DNA from: Octopus vulgaris
Lineage: Eukaryota
Assembly (NCBI GenBank): GCA_951406725.2
Contig: OX597815.1
Span: forward strand, 95,480,001-95,544,000
Length of the DNA stretch: 64,000 nucleotides
Direction: 5' to 3'
The position numbers and the translations under genes are program-made. This document shows, piece after piece, positions 28,704 to 38,848 of the stretch; positions within the stretch are counted from its first letter, which is position 1, and each line of letters starts with the position of its first letter. The notes beneath the pieces are model-generated. The model did not search any database and was not told the origin of the DNA. It saw nothing but the letters and a program-made list of their open reading frames with translations.

Positions 28704-30093
28704 TCTTTTATCTCTTACTGGTTTCAGCCCAGGGTTGAGGTCATGCTGATGCACCACTTGTAGTTTCACGGTGTTGTTTCCGTTATTGTTTTTGGTGAAG
28801 TAGCGAGGTGGATGGAGCTGCTCTTCTTATGTCTCCTGTCGCGATGCGGTTTCATCTGGTATTTCAAATAGAAACCTGTCCAGACGTTTCTTGAAAACTT
28901 CCACATCAACACCATGTAGATCACTAAGGTTGCCTGGCAGGATATTGAACAATTCCTGGTCTTTGAAACCCAGATTATTGCAGTACTGTCTTTATTTTAG
29001 ATGTGTAAGACGGGATCTTTGGTTTGATGCAGTGCCGCCCAGTTCGAGGATTGGTATAGCTGATAATTCAAAATTTGGGAGCTAAACCATCCAAGATCTA
29101 AATATATACCATCGTATATATCTTTCGTTTTCTCTCCAGGAAATAGAGACTCCGTTCCTTTTGCCTCTCCCAGTAGTCCATCTTTTGCATCGAGTCAATC
29201 TTCTTTGTGTATTGGCGATGGATTGCTTCGAGTTCCCCATTTTCTTTCACACTCACTGGGCACCATAGTTGGGAGCAGTAGTCCTAACGGCTGAGAACGA
29301 AAGTCCCACATAAAACAGTAGAGCCTCCCTTTATTTGGTTCTGAATGTCCTTAGAATCCAACTAGCCACTCGCTTGCACAATGTTGCCATCTTGATAATA
29401 TGCACATTACTCAGGTGATCCCTCAGTTCATGCACCGACTCTGATTCTGGGATCGTATTACTTTCTGGTCCAGTGTATTCAGATTTTAGCCTGTTGTTGG
29501 GTCGATAGTGGAGTGCTTGAAATTTAATAGCATTGCAACTCATGTTATTTTTGTTAGACGAATTGTATATTTCATTCAGATATTTCTGCAGTTTTATGAT
29601 GCCCTCTGGGTTCCTAAAAGCCTGCAATACATTTGTGTCGTTAGCATAACTGGTCTGATCAGCTGACTGTACCGCGGAGGGCATGTCTGAGAGGGCCAAC
29701 TCAAATAGTAGTGGTTCCAGTATAGTTCCCTGTGGGACTCCACTGTGAACTGGTGACTCTTCAGAGTGAGCACGATTGGCTACAATTGTTGACTTCTGCC
29801 ATTCAGTCATGCAGCCACTCTCCCAGTTAGTAATACCAAGGTTTCGTAGCTTATGACATATAATTTCATAATATATCTTGTCGAAGGCCTTGGCAAAGTC
29901 TAGGAATATCGCGTCTACAGATGAATGATTTAGCTGTTGTTTCAGTACCCAGTCAAAATACTGCAGCAGCTGTGTGAGGCAGCTACTCCCTGAACAGGAG
30001 CCATGTTGTGTATTTGTTAGAAGGTTGTTTTCTTCTAGGAACGTGATCAGCCTTTTTCTGACAATGCGTTCCATTGTTTTGCTAATATGTGAG

Positions 30094-30133
<40 letters not shown>

Positions 30134-30785
30134 CCTATAGTTTTTAGCATCTGTTCTGCTCTCTCCTTTATTGACAGGCCATAGTTTACCCTCTTTTAGC
30201 ATGATGGGAAGTTTACCTCGTGCAAGGAAACTCTCAAAGTGTATCTGTTATGGCTTAGCAAGAGCCATTTTGCAGGTCTTTAAGAGAACAGCCGTGAGTC
30301 CATCTGGGCCCCATCAAAAAGCCGGTATTACATCCTCTTCTGTTATGTTAATGTAATCGATGGTTCGCTCTTTTCCGCATAGATTCTTTACATTGAAGAA
30401 CCCTCGTGCTTGTATTTTTGCATATTTTCCAGTGGAAATGTGACAACACTTCGGAATTGTTTATTCAGTGCTTCATTTATCTTCTCTAGGTCTACAGTTA
30501 GTGAACTGTTTTTACTAAGTAGTGGCCCTAATATATAACGTTCTGAAAGAGACTCCATTGCCAACTTCCAGAAGGCTATAGGATTTCTTGTTATATTTTC
30601 GAGTACCCAGGTTTCTCTTTCTTTGTTTAAATGATTCGAGACATTTATTCTCCGCCGCAAGAACATTATCCTGTCTCGGGGAATGAAGTTTTTATGTGTA
30701 CTGGCTCTCTTCTCTGGGCCATATTTAACGCATATGGCTCGCATTATTGACACGAATTTATTGAGTTTCATGTCTATATCTTCAA
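28704..30785 (-). mobile_element. CR1-group LINE (RT and 3' tail), decayed
   Basis: ORF 29331-30074 has QHG..SCLTQLL, FLDFAKAFDK, SGVPQGTILEPLLF and SYANDT. NYRP..LTSH lies upstream, and YCSQLW...LEAIHRQYTKKI...LGEKTKDIYDGI lies downstream. A short-repeat tail is at 28704. Confidence 0.9.
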
Positions 30786-30789
30786 TACA

Positions 30790-31062
30790 AGCATTTCAGA
30801 GTGTTTGGGAGTCAATCTGAAGACAGTGCAATCCGAAGACATGTACTGAGAGTGATACAAATCGAACATCCAGCCAAAATCATGGTGTTCGGAGTAATCA
30901 CTAGTGGTGGTGCTGTTATGCCTCCATTCATCTATCCACACATCTCAGACTCAACACGGAGGCCTGCATCAAGTTCATAGAGGAAGTAGTGCTATCATGG
31001 GTCAAGAGGATGGCTGCTGGAAGACACTGTGTCTGGCAACATGACTCTGCACTTTGCCACAC
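30790..31062 (+). mobile_element. maT/DD37D-like (Tc1/mariner superfamily) transposase fragment
   Basis: HPAKIMVFGVITSGGAVMPPF...LNTEACIKFIEEVVLSWVK...CVWQHDSALCH. Homologous to 36170-37020. Confidence 0.85.
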
Positions 31063-31584
31063 ACATACACATAAAAACATAACAAAACGACACACACACC
31101 CATACATACACACACAAAAACACACATATACACACACCCCTGCACACACAGACAAACACACTCACATACACACAAAAGAAAAGATCGCAAATAACATATA
31201 CACACATGTCTGAGAACACTCATAAACTCACACACAAACACACATGCACGTGCACCCACACACAAAAGAAAACATCGTAAAATACACATAAACACACACA
31301 AATAAATCTGCTCAAACACGAACAAACACACACACACAAAAACAACACACACATTCACACATACACAAAAAAAACATCGCAATAAACCCACTCGCACATA
31401 CGCACAAGCACACACATACATACACACATACACACACAAGCACTCACTCATACACACACAAGCACTCACACATACACACAGCTGGAGACACTCAAAATTT
31501 ACATCTAACTCAAAAGGAAATCTTTCTTCAAGTCGCAACATACACACCCATCATCACAATATACACACCCATCAACAAACATGC

Positions 31585-31660
31585 GACTCTTTTACTATTT
31601 TACTTGTTTCAGTCATTTGACTGTGGCTATGCTGGAGCACGGTTACATTCCAAACATATT
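31585..31660 (-). mobile_element. SINE 3' tail fragment
   Basis: ttttacttgtttcagtcatttgactgtggctatgctggagcac is the reverse complement of 6266-6310. Confidence 0.8.
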
Positions 31661-32472
31661 GATAGGATATTCAACATAACACACACACATACACACTCAC
31701 ACACAGGTGTACGTAAAACCTTTCCCTTAAATGCTTTTAAGTCACTCTCTTGTGAGGAACCCACAATGGTTTGCTTTAGACAATAGACAACTACAACCCA
31801 CTCTTTACTCCCCAACACTCGGAACTCTATACCAAACTATATCAAAAGAAGACTTCAACGAAAATATGCAGACATGTTTTTGACCCCCGACAGAAGATAT
31901 ACTGCTTTTGCTTCAAGTTTCTACAAATTTAACTATTTGATAAGATGCGATTCATCATTGAAACTGGAAATATATTCTTTCTATAAATTTTGAAATCATT
32001 TTTAATAACTTCCATCTTAAATTGAAATGTCTTAGATTTACTTCTGTTCTATTTCCAACTCCATCTATTAAATATATATATATATGTAAAATTGATAATA
32101 TGAGAAAATGGAGAGTGTTTAAGTGTATAGTTAATTCTTTTGTATCATAGTTTGTTTTAAAATATGTATATAGGTAAATACATTGTTACATTATAGATAT
32201 TGCGATGTAATGTATTCAATTATTAGAATTTTTGGCATATTATTGCTTAAATATTTAATATCTTGTCTTTCTAGGTACACACACAATACACACTAATACA
32301 CACACACCCATACACGCACACCCACACACACAAAAGTATATTTGTATACTTTAATAATCATACATTTTAATATTTCTATTAATATACTATTAGATATTTT
32401 GCCTTATACAAAACCATAAATTGAAAATAACACTACATCTATTTCCATATATATATATATATATATATATAT

Positions 32473-32513
<41 letters not shown>

Positions 32514-32515
<2 letters not shown>

Positions 32516-32730
32516 GCGTAGTGAGTGTTTATTGAGCGAAAACACCTAAAAGAACCGGCACGGGGTGGTGATCCCTGCTGTACTCTTTCACCACTCTTTC
32601 TCTCACTCTTTCTACTGTTGGCCTGCTCGCTTAGCCAGCGGGGTTGCGTCATTCGAAGGCTAAAACAATGCGAACGCATTGTGACCAGCGATGTATAGCA
32701 ACATCTGATGGTCTGGTCGGTCACGTGATC
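32514..32730. repeat. GC-richer block between (AG)n and (TATC)n, probably an unclassified interspersed repeat
   Basis: Sharp compositional boundary and microsatellite flanks, with no coding motif recognised. Confidence 0.35.
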
Positions 32731-32736
32731 ATGCGA

Positions 32737-32837
<101 letters not shown>

Positions 32838-32894
32838 CTCTCTCTATATATGCATGTGTGTGTTTGTGTGTGTGTGTGTGTGTGTGTATTAGTT

Positions 32895-33080
32895 AATCCA
32901 AACATGAACAGAGACAAAAACACAACAACGCGAGGACGTGGAAAAGTATGGTGTCATTGGACAGTCAGGAAAGGAAAGGAAGAAGGAGGATTTAACGTCT
33001 CGAGTGGATCTCTTCGTCAGGTCCAAGGAAGAGAAGACGGAGAAAGAAAATTGCCAACTATAGACACGCGGTCACATATT
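32895..33080 (-). mobile_element. Solo PLE pLTR-like fragment with hammerhead motif (32988-33024)
   Basis: Minus strand: CUGACGA-AGAG-AUCCA-CUC-GAGAC-GUUA. The CUGANGA core is canonical and GAAA is mutated to GAGA. Confidence 0.6.
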
Positions 33081-33089
33081 GAATATGAA

Positions 33090-33129
<40 letters not shown>

Positions 33130-33598
33130 ATGTTTGAAAACGCCACTATATAAGATAAATTTTAATTTTCTTAGAAATTTTACATGTTTCGGTTCTTCTT
33201 GAAAAAACGAACCTTATCAAAATATTTTAAAAAGTTAAGTGTAATAAAAAAAGTTCATAATTGTGTCTTACTAGTCTCAACAGAGTCCACGTGGTGGTGT
33301 TTTGTGGGGGGGGGGTACAATGGCTGTCTTGTGTGTTGACTAGATTCGTTGGCTGTAATTGGGGAAATGATCAGCGGGCGTAATAGCAGTAGTAGCAATG
33401 ACTATTGGTCGTAGTAGTAGTGACCGTGGTGGTCACTTTATCAATTCAGTAACAACGTAACTTTCACTCAACGTCATAACAAAGAACTCTACTTTATTAG
33501 AAAATTCGCACCAAATCTAAAAACCCTGGGAGAGGAACATTGAAAACATATATTGCTTTTCCGAATGAAAAATGGAATTCAACCACTACCACCACGAT

Positions 33599-33631
<33 letters not shown>

Positions 33632-34075
33632 CAACAGTCTTCCACTGCTGCTGATAATGGTCATTTCCACTGCTGCTGCTACTACTACAGCCAATGAACT
33701 GCTACTATAACTCCAACCACTGCTGCTGTTGCTACTGCTACAGCCAATGTACTGCCGCAACTCTAACCACAACCACCACGGTCACCACTACTACGACCAA
33801 CAGTCACTGCTACTATTGCTATTACGGTCGCTGATCATCCCCAATTACAGCCAACGAATCTAGCCAACACACAATACAGACATTATGTTCCCCCCGCCAT
33901 AAAAGACCACTACGTGGACTCTGTTGAGACTAGTAAGAAACAATTATGAACTTTTTATTACACTTAACTTTTTAAAATATTTTTGATAAGGTTCGTTTTT
34001 CAAGAAGGACCGGAACATCTAAAATTTCTAAGAAAATTAAAATATATCTTACATAGTGGCGTTTTCAAACTTCTT
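33130..34075 (+). mobile_element. 5'-truncated PLE: inverted pLTR, endonuclease C-terminus, then pLTR
   Basis: 33132-33433 is the reverse complement of 33772-34070. The spacer encodes LYQFSNNVTFTQRHNKELYFIRKFAPNL, homologous to LYQFRDDTTWSQRISKETLFITKYRLLLN of the PLE at ~39470-39560. Each arm has a degenerate hammerhead. Confidence 0.85.
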
Positions 34076-34127
34076 TTTTATAAATATATACCCACTCTTA
34101 TACCACCTACACTTACTATGTATATAC

Positions 34128-34181
<54 letters not shown>

Positions 34182-34184
<3 letters not shown>

Positions 34185-34367
34185 GAGAATTCACGAAAAG
34201 AAAAATGAAGATAGGTGGTGTAGAAAACAAAATGATGTATTAGTATTGCGCTCGGGAATTGAAAAAGTCTTTTACGTTTCGAGCCCACGCTCTTCCACAG
34301 AAAGGAAAACAGAAAGAAATAAGGAGAGGAAAAATGTGTGTAGAGGCTACCGATCTATCTTGGCGAC
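34182..34367 (-). mobile_element. Short solo copy of the 53478-family pLTR with hammerhead variant (34267-34304)
   Basis: Reverse complement aligns with 55311-55520: ctttCTGTGGAagagcgtgggctcGAAAcgtaaaagac. Confidence 0.8.
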
Positions 34368-35835
34368 TGTACATGTACATGTGAGTGTGTGTGTTTATAT
34401 ATATACATACACACATTAGCATAAATGGTCATTCAGTTTTTCATTTTATATGACTTTCTACCATTATATACATATATACTAAATTATTACTTTTTTGACA
34501 TTTATAAACATTTAATCTATATAAGTCTGATTGACTCATTTAATTCCATCTAATTGTATCCGTTAGTATTACAAAATAGATAAATTTATTATAGATAAGT
34601 ATAAATAAATAATCTGTATTTTAAGAGTTTTATTAATAATAAAGTTTTTTATATTAAATCCTAATGAGATATTTGAATGAAATAACGGGTTCATAAAATA
34701 TTCCATTAGATATTTTCTTCAACTAACCGCAAATGAATGACATAATACATATAGTACTCATCAAATAGATACGTATAACGCATTATCTAGCTACATATAC
34801 AAACGAAATGATAGATAAAGTTTTTGAGATTTCTAAATATTCTACTATAACGTAAAATACAGGCTATTAATTTATATTAATTTTTAATTTACTCTATTTA
34901 ACCTATTTCACTTAATTTTTTAAATTATATTTTATATCATTCTATTTTCATTGTTACCCACTCTTAGAAGAAATACAAAACAATATACGGAAGTATATGC
35001 ACTTAGTACATTTAACCGATGCTTAAACATAAATGTATATAGTATATACGCTTAGTGTATGCATGTATATATAGGTCTATGTGTGTATATATATCAACTT
35101 GAATAAGACTTCTATTAACGAATCGAATATTCGATTTTGAGTAGATACTACGAAAATTTGATTAAATAAATTTCGATGAACACATACACATATATTTAGT
35201 GGTAAACGCTAGCAAGCCAATGAACATTATTACATTATTATAACGGTCTATTTACTAATTTATTTATTTACGTTATTTTGTATTTTGTTATTTTATTCAC
35301 GTTATTTTATTACATAATTATTTTCCCATTAAGCTATAACAATATTTTAAATATTCATATTATTCATATATATATTTTTAAATAAGTTTATTTTATTTTA
35401 TTTTATTTTTCGTATTTATTTTTACATTAGAGATATATTTCCTAACAAAATACATACATACTATATAGATGAAATATCTAAACTTCATTAGTTATGAATT
35501 GGAATTTCTACAAGTAACATGTAACCGATATTATTATGAAAACCAAAAACTTACAACTTAAATTACCAACATAAATTCTAACCCAAATGTTTTGAATTAA
35601 GCATTACCAAGGGGCAAGAATCGAAAGATATGTAGGATTTGAGTCTTCTATTGCGTTTTAAAAACCTTGTTATTTGTATTTATATTTTAAAAGCCATCCA
35701 CGATGCAAATGAATTAACTATACGTCATTATCTCTCCATTTTCTTATATTATCAATTTTACTTATAATCCATAACAAATCATAGAAACATTCTTCTAATG
35801 TGATTGAGATTAAACCAGTGAAATTTTGAATCCAT

Positions 35836-35922
35836 TAATCCCTAAAGAGGATACTATATATATATAATCCCTAAAGAGGATAACATATATATATAATCCC
35901 TAAAGAGGATAATAGATATATA
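35836..35922. repeat. 29-bp tandem repeat, 3 copies
   Basis: taatccctaaagaggata plus a TA-rich linker at 35836, 35865 and 35894. Confidence 0.95.
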
Positions 35923-36115
35923 TTGGCGCAAATGTCCATGTGTTGGCTGAATGCTATTTTTCTGCTTTGGGGAGTTTTGATCTGGGATCTGAGCAGAGCC
36001 ATTCTTTTACGTAGACTGTTTTTTGGTTAGGCCTATGTATTGCTCTTGACACCCAGAGCAGGTTAGTGCATATATCAGGTTCTCCGAAGCACATGTGAAG
36101 TTGCTTTTCACTGTG

Positions 36116-36117
<2 letters not shown>
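35922..36117 (-). mobile_element. PLE GIY-YIG fragment, same family as 38846-42031
   Basis: FTVKSNFTCASENLIYALTCSGCQEQYIGLT. Nucleotide sequence closely matches 39586-39778. Confidence 0.9.
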
Positions 36118-36169
<52 letters not shown>

Positions 36170-36173
<4 letters not shown>

Positions 36174-37020
36174 TAGTTGAATAAACTATCGTCCAAGTTA
36201 CGCAAAAACGAAAATAACACAGACATCTCATTTTAATAAATATAGTTACCAAAATTACATGAACTATCTTGAAATATTAAAGAGTAAGTTTATTCAATAA
36301 AATCGCCATTGGCTTCAACCACAGAATCCAGACGATCTCAGAATCTCTTACAACCCTTCTCGACGGTCACATTGTTTAAACTGGTGAATGCTACCATAAT
36401 CTTTACTTTCAGTTAACCTGTGGTGTTACAAGGAGTTTTGTTGGTCTCTTGCTTATGTGCACCTTCCACATAATAATCAAGTGAGTTGCAGTCTGGGGAG
36501 TTAAGTGGCTAGATGTTAGGAGTGATGCGGTCGCAAAAATTGTCTGACAGCCATGGCTGGTTTTTCCTGATTGAGAGACACGGTGCAGAGTATAATAGCT
36601 GCCACTCTATTGTCCCAGGGTACCACTACCGTCTCCAGTCACTCAATGCAGGCATCTGTGTTGAGTCTGAGACCGTGTGGGAAGATGAATGGAACCACAA
36701 TGTCGCTATCACTAGTGATTACTTTTGCCTGGGTGTTTCATTTTTTATCAGTCTCGTTACATGTCCTCAGATTGGACTGTCTTCAGATTGACAGATAAAC
36801 ACTCTGAAATTTTCGCATTAGATCTTGCGGTACGAATGCCAAGCAGTACAGCAAATCGTTTCCAGCTTTCTGGCGTAGTGAGTTGCGTATTAGTGTCTTG
36901 GTTCTGTCACAGGATACCCCACTGACTCTACGATACATTGTTGTGAAAAAATTAAATAAACACATACAAGTCGCATGCGCAAAATAAGTAAATTGCGATA
37001 ATTTAACCATCGTACACTTA
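36170..37020 (-). mobile_element. maT/DD37D-like transposon, internally deleted
   Basis: Minus strand has QPWLSDNF..ITPNI*PLNSPDCNSLDYYV (equivalent to WPPNSPDLNPLDY) and C-terminal RLDSVVEANGDFIE*. Degenerate TIRs at both ends. Confidence 0.85.
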
Positions 37021-37047
37021 ATATATATATATATATATATATAAATA

Positions 37048-37130
<83 letters not shown>

Positions 37131-37135
<5 letters not shown>

Positions 37136-37475
37136 TCAAGAATCCGATCACTACCACCATCCACAAATCACTTTCATGGCACTTGACCATTTAACATCCT
37201 ACTACTATCATGGCACCCCCACATTCTTCTTCTTCCCTGCCAAGAATTCACAACGACGTCAAAGCCACAAGGGTAAACAAGAAAGACAGGGACAAGCAGA
37301 AACAAGGAAAATGCCCCTTGTATTTGAATACTATGCAAATATTCTTTTAAAAATATTTCTTTTATTATTTCCTAAATTTAATTGTTTTCCATTTTTACAG
37401 CTGAAAAAGTCTCAATGGCTGAAACCAGTGTTGAAATGTTTTTAATAAATTTATTTTACCATTTTCTCCATTGCT
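37131..37475 (+). mobile_element. Solo pLTR of the 38846 PLE family with hammerhead-like motif (37398-37433)
   Basis: Aligns in reverse with 38880-39050 and 39290-39375. Motif: cag-CTGAAAA-agtc-tcaat-ggct-GAAAC-ca-gtg-ttg. Confidence 0.8.
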
Positions 37476-37518
37476 TTTATTTTTTAACCACACACAAACA
37501 CATACACAGACACACATA

Positions 37519-37552
<34 letters not shown>

Positions 37553-37869
37553 CACACACACACACACACAGGTCTGTCACATGAGTTTTCGACAACTCCA
37601 GTAACTTTTTGTTTCGAGACCCCATCTCTTCAATGAAAATTCATAATCGACGCACCTTTTATTCATAGCTATATTTTACTTTATTTTATCTGAAGATCAA
37701 TATTTCACGTTATCCTAAAGAACATCATTAAAAGTACAAGTTAAATTGATTTAGGACTGGAAATAGCGTATTATTTCATGTTTAAGACAGCAAATATTAA
37801 ATAGGGTTGAATATTTATTTGATGGACTCAGAAATATGAGACGACAAGCAGTTCAAAATGACAACAAGG

Positions 37870-38290
37870 AGTATAGTTGTCTCAGCGTTGGTATGCGACG
37901 ATTTGAGAAGGATTGCTGGGAAACCACCGGCACCAGGAGTTGAGTTTACGTCTACTGCAATTATGGTTAGTAGTATATCTTCTTCACTAATGTCAATGTA
38001 TTCCATTGTAACTGCCTCGCTGGTTATAGGTGAGGCGGCAAAGAAGTCCACTGGTTCGTTTACTTCTCTATGTTCCAACGGAGTGGCAAAGACACATTTG
38101 AACTGGTCATTAAGTACCTCACTGATGTTAGTTAGACTGTCTGTGAGGGAGCCATCCTTTTGGAAGAGGGGTCCTATCTTCCAACCTACTGAGGCTGTCC
38201 CTTTCACGTAAGTAAAGATGGCCTTTGGATTTGACTTAAACATTTTTATAACCCAGGCTTCTTTGTCTGCTCTCTCTCCCTCACATAGGA
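37870..38290 (-). mobile_element. CR1-group LINE fragment (pre-RT region)
   Basis: KSNPKAIFTYVK...IGPLFQKDGSLT...EVLNDQFKCVF...STPGAGGFPAILLK. Homologous to ORF 30388-30771. Confidence 0.85.
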
Positions 38291-38304
38291 TGGTTGCAGC
38301 CTTT

Positions 38305-38353
<49 letters not shown>

Positions 38354-38393
38354 CATGCATAGATGTGTATAAATATGTGTGCATATATATGAA

Positions 38394-38429
<36 letters not shown>

Positions 38430-38547
38430 GTGTATATATATATATATATGTATATATATTTATACACACACACACACAAACACACACTCACACACACATA
38501 CACACACACACAGACACACACACACACACATACACACACACACACAC

Positions 38548-38578
<31 letters not shown>

Positions 38579-38608
38579 GATATATATATATATATATATA
38601 ATTCTTAT

Positions 38609-38790
38609 ACATTTATTTCTTTCAGTCATTTGGCTACGTCCATGCTTTAGCATCACATTTAGTCGAACAAATCGACCCAAGGATTTATTCTTTGTAAGCC
38701 TAGTAATTATTATATCTGCCTCTTTTGCCGAACCGCTAAGTTACGGGGACATAAACAGATTTCAACATCGTTTGTCAAGAGATAATGGGA
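38609..38790 (-). mobile_element. SINE 3' half of the 5940 family
   Basis: tttagtcgaacaaatcgaccc..atttattctttgtaagcctagta...ctcttttgccgaac is the reverse complement of ~6186-6300. Confidence 0.85.
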
Positions 38791-38809
38791 CAGACACACA
38801 GCACACACA

Positions 38810-38845
<36 letters not shown>

Positions 38846-38848
<3 letters not shown>

